A stretch of 34,399 bases of DNA from Pseudonocardiaceae bacterium (GCA_036502345.1 DASXYT010000400.1:1-34399), one strand, 5' to 3'. Positions 1 through 10,438 are shown, numbered from the stretch's first letter. Numbers and translations: made by a program. Notes: generated by a model from the sequence alone, not told the origin.

Positions 1-1356
1 GACGACCAGCACCGTGGCACCGACCCGAGTGGACAGTCCATATCGGACCAACAGGGTGACCAGCGACAACACCATCAGCCCGCCGATGACGTCCCAGCGC
101 CACGTGCTGGGCCGCTCGCCCCACGCCAGGTAGCCGCCGACCAGCACGGCGCCCGCGCTCAACGTGGCCTTCAGCCGCCACCGGGACACCACCGGTCCCT
201 CGTTGGCCAGCAGCGCCCACAGCAGCAGCACCGGGAACCACACGAAGTCGATCAGCCGCAGCGGCCAGCGGAACATCCAGATCTGCGAAGGGCCCAACAT
301 CAGCAGCCCGAACACGCCGCCGAACACGTAGAGCCCGATGTGCTCCCGCCACCGGTCGGCCAGCACCCGCCAGCGCAGCCACGGCAGCGTGGGCAGCACG
401 AACCACGCCAGGTAGACCACCGGCACGGTCAGGTACGGCAACCCGGTGTTGGTGCCGAAGTTGGTCAGGTACGGCTGGGTGCTCGGTGTGCTGAGTTCCA
501 GCAGGTTCGTCAGGTTCGGCTTGAGGAAGTTGTCGTTCAGCGTCTGGCTGGCAGCCCGGAAGCCGACCGACGACGTGAGCAGCAGCGGCAGGTAGACCAT
601 CACGTTCAACAGCGCCACCGAAACACCACTCAACAACAGCACGGGCACCCGGCCGCGCCGCCCGTTCAGCCACGCGTCGACGATGACAGCGAGGATGACG
701 AACCCGCAGACCAGCAGGCCGTACGGGTTGCCGATGGACACCACGAGATAACCGGTGACCACCAGCCACAGCGGCGACCGGCCACGCGCCACCAGTCGGG
801 CGGTCCACCACAGCCACGGCGTGAACGCGGTCAGCGTCAGCGCGTTGACCCACGCCGTGCCGTCCATGAAGAACGAGTAGCCGGCCAGTGGCACCGCCGC
901 GCCGATCGCGGCGGCCAGTGGGCCGCGGATGCCGTGGTCGCGGGCCAGCAGATACGTGCCGCCCGCCATCAGCAGCATGAACACGGCCTTGCCGAGCGCG
1001 ATCCCGACGGCCAGGTTGTCGATCGGGTAGATGGCGATCGCGACCGCCACCATCACCGGGTTCCACATCCCGGTGGCCGCTTCGGCCGCGAAGTTCCCGC
1101 CGCGCCACATGTCCAGGTTGAGCAGCGGCAGGTGGCCGTGCAGCACCGACTGCGCGATCCGGTGCCACACCGGCACGGCCGCGCCCGCCGAGTCGTCCCA
1201 GAAGTAGAAGATGTGGTTGCGCACCAGCGGCAGCGCGGCCCCCACCGCGACCGCGACGAGCATCAGCAGTGGCGCCACCGGCAGCCGGCGGCGGGGCGTT
1301 GGCGCTGGCTCGATGTCGCGCGCGGCGACCGGAGCGGTACTGGCGGTGACACTCAC
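1..1356 (-). CDS. Polytopic membrane protein, GT-C glycosyltransferase-like (possible arabinofuranosyltransferase). Partial: the N-terminal 452 codons are in the window and the 3' end runs off the left edge.
   Basis: My manual minus-strand translation from a GTG at 1356 (in-frame stop upstream at 1393-1395) runs without a stop to position 1. It is absent from the ORF track, apparently because the track omits edge-truncated ORFs. The product is very hydrophobic with many predicted TM helices. A DD motif (YFWDDSAG) sits in the first predicted loop, as in GT-C arabinosyltransferases (Emb/Aft). The gene sits in an arabinogalactan gene cluster. The plus-strand ORF 340-1806 is its antisense shadow. 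Confidence 0.6.
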   Translation of the reverse strand, partial: MSVTASTAPVAARDIEPAPTPRRRLPVAPLLMLVAVAVGAALPLVRNHIFYFWDDSAGAAVPVWHRIAQSVLHGHLPLLNLDMWRGGNFAAEAATGMWNPVMVAVAIAIYPIDNLAVGIALGKAVFMLLMAGGTYLLARDHGIRGPLAAAIGAAVPLAGYSFFMDGTAWVNALTLTAFTPWLWWTARLVARGRSPLWLVVTGYLVVSIGNPYGLLVCGFVILAVIVDAWLNGRRGRVPVLLLSGVSVALLNVMVYLPLLLTSSVGFRAASQTLNDNFLKPNLTNLLELSTPSTQPYLTNFGTNTGLPYLTVPVVYLAWFVLPTLPWLRWRVLADRWREHIGLYVFGGVFGLLMLGPSQIWMFRWPLRLIDFVWFPVLLLWALLANEGPVVSRWRLKATLSAGAVLVGGYLAWGERPSTWRWDVIGGLMVLSLVTLLVRYGLSTRVGATVLVV

Positions 1357-1409
1357 CCGCGACAGAGTAAACGTCGCGCTGGGCCGAACGGCCTAGTGGT
1401 GCTACCGCA

Positions 1410-2222
1410 TCAGAACCAGCGTTCCAACACCTGCGCCACTCCGTCCGCCGAGTTGGCCGCCGTGACCTCGTCGGCCACCGCGAGCACATCGGGGTGGCCG
1501 TTGGCCATCGCCACGCCGTGCCCGGCCCAGCGCAGCATCGGCAGGTCGTTGGGCATGTCGCCGAACGCGACGACGTCCTCGGCGGCCACCCCGAGCAGGT
1601 CGGCCACCTCGGCCAGCCCGGAGCCCTTGGTGATGCCGGCCGTGGATATCTCGATCATGCCGATGCTGCTCGAGTACGTGATGTCCACCACGTCGCCGAG
1701 CAGTGCCACGGCCGCGTCCTGCAGTTCGGCGCTGGTCATTCCGGTGTGCCTGACCAGCAGTTTCACTGCCGGGTGGCCCAACACCTCGGCCCTCGCCGCC
1801 GCGTAGACGTCGTCGCCGGGCCACGGGTGCTCGTAGCCGGCCTCGGTGGCGAACTCGCGCCCGGAAAGGCCCAGTGCCGACCGGCCGATCCGCTCGGTCG
1901 CCACCCGGCACTCGGGCATCGCCGCGTACAAGGCATGAGCCAGGTCACCCAGCTGTTCGGCGGACAGCGTGTGCGAGCCGAGCACCTGGTCGGAGCCGAT
2001 GTCGTAGAGGACGGCACCGTTCGCACACACCGCGTACCCGGACACGCCTGCGGCCTTCGCCACCCGGGGGATCCACCTCGGTGGTCGGCCGCTGACCAGC
2101 ACGAACGGCGTGCCCGCCGCCTGGGTACGGGCCACGACGGCGGCCGTGCGGGCCGTGACGCCCTCCATCGGGTCCAACAGGGTGCCGTCCACGTCGGACG
2201 CGACGAGCTTCGGTGTCTGCAC
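1410..2222 (-). CDS. HAD-superfamily hydrolase (Cof-like, HAD-IIB)
   Basis: Motif I DVDGTLL lies near the N-terminus (VQTPKLVASDVDGTLL). The C-terminal FGDMPNDLPML(RW)AG motif is typical of Cof-type HAD phosphatases. The start is chosen as the GTG at 2222, just upstream of the DxD motif. The longer ORF reaching 2309 adds an Arg/Pro-rich leader that is unlikely to be real. Confidence 0.8.
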   Translation of the reverse strand: MQTPKLVASDVDGTLLDPMEGVTARTAAVVARTQAAGTPFVLVSGRPPRWIPRVAKAAGVSGYAVCANGAVLYDIGSDQVLGSHTLSAEQLGDLAHALYAAMPECRVATERIGRSALGLSGREFATEAGYEHPWPGDDVYAAARAEVLGHPAVKLLVRHTGMTSAELQDAAVALLGDVVDITYSSSIGMIEISTAGITKGSGLAEVADLLGVAAEDVVAFGDMPNDLPMLRWAGHGVAMANGHPDVLAVADEVTAANSADGVAQVLERWF

Positions 2223-2307
2223 ACCGCCATCCTGCCGGTCGGACGTGAATGGCCGGCAACGCCAAGATTGTGGCCTACCGGGACGATCACCGGTTACCGT
2301 CGCTGCC

Positions 2308-3201
2308 ATGCGCGTCGGGATGGTGATTTTGCCTGAGTACCGCTGGTGGGCGGCGGAGCCGAAGTGGCGGGCCGTGGAGCGCTACGGCTTCGACCACGCC
2401 TGGACCTACGACCACATCGGTTGGCGGTCGCTGGTGGACGGACCGTGGTTCGGGGCGGTGCCGACGTTGACGGCTGCCGCCATGGTGACCGAGCGGATCG
2501 GGCTCGGCACGTTCGTCGCGTCGCCGCACTTCCGGCACCCTGTCCCGTTCGCCCGTGAGGTCACGGCGCTGGACGACGTGTCCGACGGCCGCTTCCTGCT
2601 CGGCATCGGGGCGGGCGCGATCGCCGGGTTCGACACCGAGGTGCTGGGCAGCGCGCCGATGACCGCGAAGACCCTGGTGGACCGGTTGGGCGAGTTCCTG
2701 GAACTGCTGGACAAGATCCTGGTCAGCGACCGGACCACGTGGAGCGGCGAGTACTACACGGCGGTGGACGCGCGCAGCACGCCCGGCAGCGTCCGGCGGC
2801 CCAGGGTGCCGTTCGTCATCGCGGCCAACGGGCCACGCTCGATCCAGCTGGTGGCCAGGTTCGGCCAGGGCTGGGTGACCACCGGTCCGCGCACCGACGA
2901 CGTGGAGCAGTGGTGGCAGGGCGTCGCCGAGCGGGCCGACCGGCTGACCACGGCATTGGACGCGGCCGGCAGGGCGCCCCGCGCGGTGCGCCGCTACCTC
3001 AGCCTGGACTCGGTGACCTACTCGCTGTCCAGTGCGTCCTGTTTCGCCGACATGGTCGGTCGGGCCACCGAGTTGGGCTTCACCGACGTCGTCGCGCACT
3101 GGCCGCGGGCGGACGGCGTCTACCAGGGCAGAGAGTCCGTGGTCGAGGAGGTCGCCGCCGACGTGCTGCCCACCCTGCCCGGACACACCAGCGTGGCATG
3201 A
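2308..3201 (+). CDS. LLM-class (luciferase-like) flavin/F420-dependent oxidoreductase
   Basis: The start MRVGMVILPEY..., the internal GIGAG motif and overall TIM-barrel LLM family sequence features support the call. It is divergent from the HAD gene. ATG at 2308 (residue 67 of the track ORF 2110-3201). Confidence 0.8.
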   Translation: MRVGMVILPEYRWWAAEPKWRAVERYGFDHAWTYDHIGWRSLVDGPWFGAVPTLTAAAMVTERIGLGTFVASPHFRHPVPFAREVTALDDVSDGRFLLGIGAGAIAGFDTEVLGSAPMTAKTLVDRLGEFLELLDKILVSDRTTWSGEYYTAVDARSTPGSVRRPRVPFVIAANGPRSIQLVARFGQGWVTTGPRTDDVEQWWQGVAERADRLTTALDAAGRAPRAVRRYLSLDSVTYSLSSASCFADMVGRATELGFTDVVAHWPRADGVYQGRESVVEEVAADVLPTLPGHTSVA

Positions 3202-3206
3202 CATAG

Positions 3207-4409
<1,203 letters not shown>

Positions 4410-4416
4410 GGAACGG

Positions 4417-4938
4417 ATGACCACCCTGGCCGGACGTGAGGTCGCCGCACTGCGCGGCGTGCAGTCGGCGCTCGGCGGCCGGCAGGTGGTCGGCGCCGCG
4501 CGCGCCCTGTCGCTGTTCGGCGAGCACAGCGCGGGGTGGTTCGCGCTCGGCCTGGTCGGCGCCGCCGTGGACCGCGACCGGCGCGGGCAGTGGCTGGGTG
4601 CCGCTGCCGGCGTGGTCGCGGCGCACGCGGCGTCGATCGCGGTCAAGCGGGTGGTCCGCAGGCCAAGGCCGGACGACCCGGACGTGCAGGTGCTGGTCGG
4701 GACGCCGAGCAGGCTGAGCTTCCCGTCCTCGCACGCCGCGTCCACCACGGCCGCCGCCGTGCTCTACGGCGGCCTCACCGGTCAGCGTGCCGCGGCCTCC
4801 GTCGTGCCGCCGATGCTGGTGTCCCGCATGGTCCTTGGTGTGCACTATCCGACGGATGTGGTGGCAGGCTCGGTACTGGGCGCCGCAGTCGGCGGCGTGG
4901 TGCTGCGGTGGTTGCGCAGGGAGCGGGGAACGCGATGA
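4417..4938 (+). CDS. PAP2-family phosphatase, Rv3807c-like (decaprenylphosphoryl-5-phosphoribose phosphatase candidate)
   Basis: PAP2 signature motifs are present (KRVVRRPRP; PSSH; VHYPTDV). The ATG at 4417 lies 8 nt after the glf stop and is preceded by GGAACGG. Its position between glf and ubiA matches the Rv3807c context. Confidence 0.85.
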   Translation: MTTLAGREVAALRGVQSALGGRQVVGAARALSLFGEHSAGWFALGLVGAAVDRDRRGQWLGAAAGVVAAHAASIAVKRVVRRPRPDDPDVQVLVGTPSRLSFPSSHAASTTAAAVLYGGLTGQRAAASVVPPMLVSRMVLGVHYPTDVVAGSVLGAAVGGVVLRWLRRERGTR

Positions 4939-5861
4939 CCGACGTCCGGCCGATCGAGTCCGAACAGCGGCAGCGCACTGTGCCCGGCATGGTCGCCGGG
5001 CTGGTACGCACCGCACGGCCCCGGCAGTGGCTGAAGAACGTCCTGGTCTTCGCGGCGCCGTTCACGGCGGGCCGGATCAGCGACGGCGTGGTGCTGCGCG
5101 CCGCGGTGGTCGCGTTCGTCGCGTTCTGCCTTGCTGCGTCCGCGGTCTACCTGATCAACGACGCGAAGGACGTGGCGGCCGACCGGGCCCACCCGACCAA
5201 GCGCAACCGCCCCATCGCGGCTGGCACCGTGCCGGTCCCGCTGGCATTCGCAGCCGGTGGCGTGCTGCTGGTGGCCGCGCTCGGCGTCTCTCTGGTGGAG
5301 AACTGGCAACTGCTCGTGGTGATCGCCGTGTACGAGGCGGTCCAGGTCGCGTACTGCTTCGGCCTCAAGCACGAGCCGGTGATCGACCTGTGCATCGTGG
5401 CGTCCGGCTTCCTGCTGCGCTCCATCGCCGGCGGTGTCGCGGCGTCCATCCCGCTGTCCCAGTGGTTCCTGCTGACCACCGCGTTCGGCTCGCTGTTCAT
5501 GGTGTCCGGCAAGCGGTACGCGGAGATCCGGCTGTACGAGGAGACCGGCGCCGAGATCCGGGCGTCACTGCGCAAGTACTCGTCCAGCTACCTGCGGTTC
5601 GTGTGGGCGACGTCGGTGGCCATCGTCATCACGATGTACAGCCTGTGGGCGTTCCAGCTGCACGAGCAGTTCCGGTCGGTGTGGTCGGAGATCTCCATCG
5701 TCCCGTTCGTCATCGCCCTGCTGCGCTACGCGGTGGACGTGGACGGCGGCAAGGCCGGTGAGCCGGAGGAGATCGTGCTGCGCGACCGGGTGCTCCAGGT
5801 GCTCGGCGTGTGCTGGGTGCTCAGCCTGGCGCTGGCGTTCTACTCCCGCACCAAGCTCTGA
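4935..5861 (+). CDS. ubiA: UbiA-family prenyltransferase: decaprenyl-phosphate 5-phosphoribosyltransferase (DPPR synthase, Rv3806c-like)
   Basis: The start ATG overlaps the PAP2 stop as ATGA. The UbiA D-rich motif NDAKDVAADRAHPTKRNRPIA is present. Multiple TM segments are predicted. The product is 308 aa, against 302 aa for Rv3806c. Confidence 0.9.
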   Translation: MTDVRPIESEQRQRTVPGMVAGLVRTARPRQWLKNVLVFAAPFTAGRISDGVVLRAAVVAFVAFCLAASAVYLINDAKDVAADRAHPTKRNRPIAAGTVPVPLAFAAGGVLLVAALGVSLVENWQLLVVIAVYEAVQVAYCFGLKHEPVIDLCIVASGFLLRSIAGGVAASIPLSQWFLLTTAFGSLFMVSGKRYAEIRLYEETGAEIRASLRKYSSSYLRFVWATSVAIVITMYSLWAFQLHEQFRSVWSEISIVPFVIALLRYAVDVDGGKAGEPEEIVLRDRVLQVLGVCWVLSLALAFYSRTKL

Positions 5862-7104
5862 CGGGGACCGTCTCGAAGCCGCGCGTCACGAGCAGCGGCC
5901 GCCGCACCGGCGGCCCGGCAGGCTCCAGCCCCGGGTACCGGCGAGTGAGTTCCTCGACCGCGATGCGGGCTTCCAGGCGCGCGAGGGCGGAGCCGAGGCA
6001 GTGATGCATCCCGAGCGAGAACGCCAGGTGCCGGGACGCGTTCGGCCGGTCGATCAGGAGCCGGTCGGGTTGGTCGAACACGGCGGGGTCGCGGTTGGCA
6101 CCGCCGATGGTCACGATGACCGGCGCGCCCTTCGGTATCGCCGTACCGTCCAGGTCCACGTCCTCGGTGGCCGTTCGCGAGGTCACCTGGACCGGGCTGT
6201 CGTAGCGGAGCAGTTCCTCGACGGCCCCGGGAATCAGGGCAGGCTCCTGCCGCAGCCGTTCCCAGTGCGCCGGCTCGCCGAGTAGGGCGACGGTGCCGTT
6301 CCCGATCAGGTTGACGGTCGTCTCGAAGCCGGCCACGAGCAGCAGCTGAGCCGTGCCGACCAGCTCGCCGGAGCTCAGCCGGTCGCCGTCGTCCTCGACA
6401 GCGGCCAGGGCGGACAGCAGGCTGTCGTCCGGATCGGCGCGCCGCTTGGCCACCAGGTCCCGCAGGTAGGAGGTCAGGGCCACTTCCGCCGCGCGCGTCT
6501 GGTTCTCGGCGGCATGCGAGGTCTGGGGTTCGAGGGTGGCGATGAGGGCGTGGCCCCAGTCCCGGAAGTCGGCCTGGTCCCGCGCGGGTACGCCGAGCAG
6601 GTGGCAGATCACCGCGATGGGCAGCGGGAAGGCCAGCGTGTCGACGAGATCGAAGCCGGTCGCGTCGGCGCTGGTGAGGAGCCGGTCGGTGAGCTCGCGG
6701 ATCCACGACTCGAGGCCGGCCAGCGCCTTCGGGGTGAAGGCACCGGAGACGAGGCGCCGGATCCGGGTGTGGTCGGGAGCGTCCATCGTCAGCAGGTCGG
6801 CGGCGGGCAGCTCCGCCCGGGGATCACCGGGCGGGTAGGCGGGCGGCCGGTAGCCGGGCTGGTGCACGGGGGACGAGCTGAACCGCCGGTCCCGCAGGAT
6901 GCTCTCGGCCACCGCGTGATCGGCCGTCAGCCAGGGGCCGAGCGTGCTGTGGACCAGTGGGCGCCTGCGGATGTCGGCGTAGAGCGGGTAGGGGTCGACC
7001 TTCGTCCTCGGTCGTAACCACCGGGCGAGGGGATCGCCGCGCCACTGGTAGTACCGGAGCACCGCGGGCTCCGCCCGGCGCAACACCCTGTCCCGGAGTT
7101 TCAT
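5821..7104 (-). CDS. Cytochrome P450 monooxygenase
   Basis: The heme-binding loop FSLGMHHCLGSALARLEA (FxxGxHxCxG) is present, as are the ExxR motif (EELLRY) and the I-helix AGFETT. The start is the ATG at 7104 (MKLRDRV, residue 180 of the track ORF). The product is 427 aa. Its 3' end overlaps the ubiA 3' end convergently by 41 bp. Confidence 0.9.
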   Translation of the reverse strand: MKLRDRVLRRAEPAVLRYYQWRGDPLARWLRPRTKVDPYPLYADIRRRPLVHSTLGPWLTADHAVAESILRDRRFSSSPVHQPGYRPPAYPPGDPRAELPAADLLTMDAPDHTRIRRLVSGAFTPKALAGLESWIRELTDRLLTSADATGFDLVDTLAFPLPIAVICHLLGVPARDQADFRDWGHALIATLEPQTSHAAENQTRAAEVALTSYLRDLVAKRRADPDDSLLSALAAVEDDGDRLSSGELVGTAQLLLVAGFETTVNLIGNGTVALLGEPAHWERLRQEPALIPGAVEELLRYDSPVQVTSRTATEDVDLDGTAIPKGAPVIVTIGGANRDPAVFDQPDRLLIDRPNASRHLAFSLGMHHCLGSALARLEARIAVEELTRRYPGLEPAGPPVRRPLLVTRGFETVPVRAWCGSRTPAPG

Positions 7105-7112
7105 GTACCAAC

Positions 7113-7126
7113 GGTATCCGGATACC
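7113..7126. promoter_or_regulatory. Perfect 14-bp palindrome GGTATCCGGATACC between the divergent P450 and TetR genes (candidate TetR operator)
   Basis: The sequence 7113-7126 is an exact inverted repeat. It lies in the 60-bp intergenic space between the P450 start (7104) and the TetR start (7165). Confidence 0.4.
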
Positions 7127-7164
7127 AGTGGAATATCAATGGGGCGTCGTGGCACCATGATCCG

Positions 7165-7752
7165 GTGGTCAGGACGACGAGGCAGGCTTCGAAGGCGGCG
7201 ACGCGCGAGCGCCTGCTGGGCGAGGCCCAGCGGCTGTTCCGGGAGCGCGGCTACGCCGCCACGTCGCTCGAACAGATCGCCGAGGCGGCCGACGTCACCA
7301 AGGGCGCCATCTACGGTCACTTCGCCAGCAAGGAGGACCTGCTGATCAACGCGCTCGAGGCGGCACCGCTTCCTGCCTGGGCGACCGACATGAACGAGCA
7401 GGCCCTGCCACTGCGCGACCGGCTGGCGCGGTTCAGCCGTGCCATGGCCGTGGACGAGGCGTTCCTGGACAAGGCAGGCCTGGCGATGGAACTCGAGTTC
7501 CTCGTGGCGCTGCTGCGCAGCCCGGACGCCCTGCGCCGGTACAGCGCCGTCCAGACACGGCGGCTGGCCGAACTGGTCGAGGCCGACCAGGATCAGCCGC
7601 TGCCCGGAACCACGCCCACCGAGGCCTGGGCCATCGGCCACGCGCTGCTCATCGGACTGCAGATCTACACGAACATCGCGCCGGACATCCTCACCCCGGC
7701 GGTGTTCGAGCGGGCCTACGAACTGCTCGCCGGCCTCTATCCCGAGGACTGA
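7165..7752 (+). CDS. TetR-family transcriptional regulator
   Basis: An N-terminal HTH is present (RERLLGEAQRLFRERGYAATSLEQIAEAADVTKGAIYGHFASKEDLL). The start is a GTG at 7165. It is divergent from the P450 gene. Confidence 0.85.
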   Translation: MVRTTRQASKAATRERLLGEAQRLFRERGYAATSLEQIAEAADVTKGAIYGHFASKEDLLINALEAAPLPAWATDMNEQALPLRDRLARFSRAMAVDEAFLDKAGLAMELEFLVALLRSPDALRRYSAVQTRRLAELVEADQDQPLPGTTPTEAWAIGHALLIGLQIYTNIAPDILTPAVFERAYELLAGLYPED

Positions 7753-8508
7753 CTAGACCGGCAGCTTCCGGAACACCGCGCGCGGCAGGTGCCGCAGGAC
7801 GGTCATCACCCAGCGCATCGGGCCCGGAGCCCAGGCCTGTTCCTGCCGGCCGCGCACGGCGGCCACTATGACCGCGGCCACCTGCTCGGGCGTCTGGGAC
7901 AGCGGCGCCGCCTTCAGCCCGTGGGTCATCCTGGTGTGCACGAAGCCGGGCCGGATCACCGACACGTGCACGCCGGAGGGCGCCAGCGCGTCGGTCAGCC
8001 CCGTGTAGAAGCTGTCCAGGCCGGCCTTGGTCGAGCCGTAGACGAAGTTCGACCTGCGCGGCCGCTCGGCGGCCGCCGACGACATCGCCACCAGCGAGCC
8101 GTGTCCCTGTCGCCGCAGCCGGTCGGCCAGCGCGACGCCGACCGTCACCGCGCCGACGTAGTTGACCTCGGCCATCTCCCGGGCGGCCTCGATGTCGGTC
8201 CAGGCGGCTTCCTGGTCACCGAGGATGCCGAACGCCACCAGCGTCACGTCGACGTCGCCGTCGGCGAAGGCCTTCTCCACCACCTCGGCGTGCGTCTCCG
8301 GGCGGCGGGCGTCGAACGGCAGCACGCTCACGGTGCTGCCGGTGCCACGCAGCCGCTGGGCGGCGTCGTCCAGTCGGGTACCCGGTCGACCGGCCAGGAT
8401 CACCCGCAGCGGCCGGGACCGCGCGAACGTCTCGGCGACCGCGAGGCCGATCTCGGACGTGCCACCGAGCACGAGCAGGGACTGAGGGTTGCCAACGGCG
8501 TCGATCAC
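7753..8508 (-). CDS. dprE2: Decaprenylphosphoryl-2-keto-beta-D-erythro-pentose reductase (SDR family)
   Basis: The product aligns end to end with M. tuberculosis DprE2 (Rv3791) as I remember it (VIDAVGNPQSLLVLGGTSEIGLA ... NFVYGSTKAGLD ... VLRHLPRAVFRKLPV). The GTG start overlaps the dprE1 stop as GTGA. The product is 252 aa. The longer track ORF reaching 8922 is a GC-rich upstream extension. Confidence 0.9.
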   Translation of the reverse strand: MIDAVGNPQSLLVLGGTSEIGLAVAETFARSRPLRVILAGRPGTRLDDAAQRLRGTGSTVSVLPFDARRPETHAEVVEKAFADGDVDVTLVAFGILGDQEAAWTDIEAAREMAEVNYVGAVTVGVALADRLRRQGHGSLVAMSSAAAERPRRSNFVYGSTKAGLDSFYTGLTDALAPSGVHVSVIRPGFVHTRMTHGLKAAPLSQTPEQVAAVIVAAVRGRQEQAWAPGPMRWVMTVLRHLPRAVFRKLPV

Positions 8509-9932
8509 AGGGCCAGCCTTCGTGACATGTCGGAGGAGAAGATGCCAGTGGGGTCGACGGCGGCACGGACCTTCCGCCACTCGTCGATCCTCGGGTACAT
8601 GCGCTGCAGCGCGTCCGGCGTGGTGCGCGACTCCTTGGCCAGGTACAGCCTGCCGCCTGCGGCCAGCACCAGCCCGTCCAGCCGCTCGCACAACTCGTGC
8701 AGCCCGGGGCGCACCGGGAAGTCCACGCACAGCGTCCAGCCGGGAGTGGGGAACGACAGCGGGGCCCGGTTGCCGGCGCCGAACCGCTTGAGCACGTTCA
8801 GCGCGGACACGTGCCCGGAGTGCGCGATCGTGTGCACGGCCTCGCGGATGGTGTCCTCGGCGCCGAAGGGCACCACGAACTGGTACTGCAGGAAGCCGCG
8901 CGGCCCGTAGACCCGGTTCCACTCGCCCGCGATGTCCAGCGGGTGCAGGAACTGGGTGATGTTCTGCACCGCGCCGGCCTTCGTCGGTGACTTGCGGTAC
9001 CAGAGTTCGGAGAACACCTTCGCCGTCACCCGGTTGAGGAGCCCGGACGGGAAGAGGTCGGGCACGGTCAGCAACTGCGGGGCGTCGAACTTCAGCGGCG
9101 CGCCACGCAGCTTCGCCGGCAGGTCGGCGACCGTCGCGTGGTTCGCCCTGGTCAGGATGCCCCGGCCGAGGTGCTTGCCGGTGGTCACCGCGTCGAACCA
9201 GGACACCGACTCGACGTAGTTCTCGTCACCGCTGGACTGCCGGGCCATCAGCTCGGCCAGGCTGCCCAACTGGCCGGTGTCCACCAGGAAGTAGGCGGTC
9301 TCCACGTGGTTGACGTGCAGCGTCGCGCCCAGCACGACACCGGTCAGGCCCATGCCGCCGACGGTGGCCCAGAACAGGTCGGCGTCCGGGCCGTCCGGGG
9401 TGAGCGTGCGGATGTCGCCCGCCGCGGTGGCCAGGTCCAGCGACAGCACGTGGTTGCCGAAGCTGCCCTCGACGTGGTGGGCCTTGCCGTGGATGTCCGA
9501 CCCGATGGCGCCGCCGACGGTGACCTGTCGGGTGCCGGGCAGTACCGGCAGCCACAGGCCGTGCGGCAGCAGCTCACGCATCAGTGTGTCCAGGCTCACC
9601 CCCGCGTCGACGGAAACCGTTCCGGCCTCGACATCGATCGTGTGAATCCGGTCCAGCCCGGTCATCTCGACGACCAGACCGCCGGAGTTCTGTGCCGGGT
9701 CGCCGTAGGACCGACCGAGACCCCTGGCGAGTACACCGCGCTCACCTGCGGCCTTGATCGCGTCGACCACGTCTGCCCGGTCGCGCGGGGTGACGACAGA
9801 GGCTGTCGACGGGGACGTCCGACCCCAGCCGGTCAGCCGCCGAGACTGCACCTGTTCGTGTTCCACCGTGGTGAGGGTATCCGGTGCCCATCGGGTACCC
9901 CGATAACGGACACTCCTAGAATTTCGATGCAT
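8505..9932 (-). CDS. dprE1: Decaprenylphosphoryl-beta-D-ribose 2'-oxidase (FAD-dependent)
   Basis: Identity to Rv3790 DprE1 is strong across the whole length (RLTGWGRT, GLGRSYGD, VLPGTRQVTVGGAIGSDIHGK, FLQYQFV, GGRLYLAKESRTT). I give the start as the ATG at 9932. An in-frame GTG at 9866 would give an N-terminus closer in length to Mtb DprE1 and is equally plausible. Confidence 0.9.
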   Translation of the reverse strand: MHRNSRSVRYRGTRWAPDTLTTVEHEQVQSRRLTGWGRTSPSTASVVTPRDRADVVDAIKAAGERGVLARGLGRSYGDPAQNSGGLVVEMTGLDRIHTIDVEAGTVSVDAGVSLDTLMRELLPHGLWLPVLPGTRQVTVGGAIGSDIHGKAHHVEGSFGNHVLSLDLATAAGDIRTLTPDGPDADLFWATVGGMGLTGVVLGATLHVNHVETAYFLVDTGQLGSLAELMARQSSGDENYVESVSWFDAVTTGKHLGRGILTRANHATVADLPAKLRGAPLKFDAPQLLTVPDLFPSGLLNRVTAKVFSELWYRKSPTKAGAVQNITQFLHPLDIAGEWNRVYGPRGFLQYQFVVPFGAEDTIREAVHTIAHSGHVSALNVLKRFGAGNRAPLSFPTPGWTLCVDFPVRPGLHELCERLDGLVLAAGGRLYLAKESRTTPDALQRMYPRIDEWRKVRAAVDPTGIFSSDMSRRLAL

Positions 9933-9961
9933 CAACCAGAGGCGCAAACCTGAAGGGTGAC

Positions 9962-10432
9962 GTGATGGCAACCGTGCGGGTGGAGCCGGTGCGCCGTGGC
10001 GTCGTGGACCAGGCGGCCCGGTTCGTGTTGTTCGGCGTGCTGTCCGCCGCCGTCGATTTCGGTGTGTACCAGCTGTTCCTGCACATCGGCACGTGGGCCG
10101 ATCTGGCAAAGGCGATCAGCTTCGTGTGCGGCACCGTGACGGCCTACATGCTCAACCGCAGGTGGACGTTCGACTCGGCGGGCGGTGCCGCCCCGGCCAC
10201 CCGGTTCGCGGCGCTGTACTCGGTCACCTTCTTCGTCAACGTCGGCGTGAACGCCTTGGGCCTGCACATGTTCGCCGGCCGGAGCTGGCAGGTGCCGGTG
10301 GCGTGGGTGCTCGCCCAGGCCGTCGCGACGATCATCAACTTCGTCATGCTGCGCGTCGTGGTCTTCCCTGGCGGCGCGGCGGCGGGCCGTTTTGCTGAAC
10401 CACTCACCGAGACAGGATCTGCGGAGGACTGA
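9962..10432 (+). CDS. GtrA-family small membrane protein (Rv3789-like)
   Basis: GtrA-like features are present (FVLFGVLSAAVDFGVYQLFL ... CGTVTAYMLNRRWTF) with 4 TM helices predicted. A GTG at 9962 is followed by an ATG at 9965. It is divergent from dprE1, whereas in Mtb Rv3789 precedes dprE1 on the same strand. Confidence 0.8.
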   Translation: MMATVRVEPVRRGVVDQAARFVLFGVLSAAVDFGVYQLFLHIGTWADLAKAISFVCGTVTAYMLNRRWTFDSAGGAAPATRFAALYSVTFFVNVGVNALGLHMFAGRSWQVPVAWVLAQAVATIINFVMLRVVVFPGGAAAGRFAEPLTETGSAED

Positions 10433-10438
10433 CGGCGG

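Noticed and set aside
340-1806. 488-aa plus-strand ORF with an Arg/Gln/Pro/His-rich product
   Set aside because: The composition is typical of an antisense reading of a GC-rich gene. The opposite strand encodes a convincing polytopic membrane protein.  I treat this ORF as the shadow ORF.
1494-2336. Several overlapping ORFs (plus-strand 280 aa, minus-strand 175/169/106 aa) across the HAD hydrolase region
   Set aside because: They are alternative-frame artefacts with low-complexity R/G/P/A-rich translations. Only the minus frame with the DVDGTLL HAD motifs is protein-like.
2287-3206. Minus-strand 305-aa ORF and plus-strand 155-aa ORF overlapping the LLM oxidoreductase
   Set aside because: They are shadow frames of a GC-rich gene, with R/G/P-rich products and no motifs.
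7789-10109. Long alternative-frame ORFs (373 aa plus-strand, 271 aa plus-strand, and the upstream extensions of dprE2 and dprE1 to 8922 and 10109)
   Set aside because: The real products are recognisable DprE2 (start 8508) and DprE1 (start 9932/9866). The N-terminal extensions are R/P/G-rich and have no homology.
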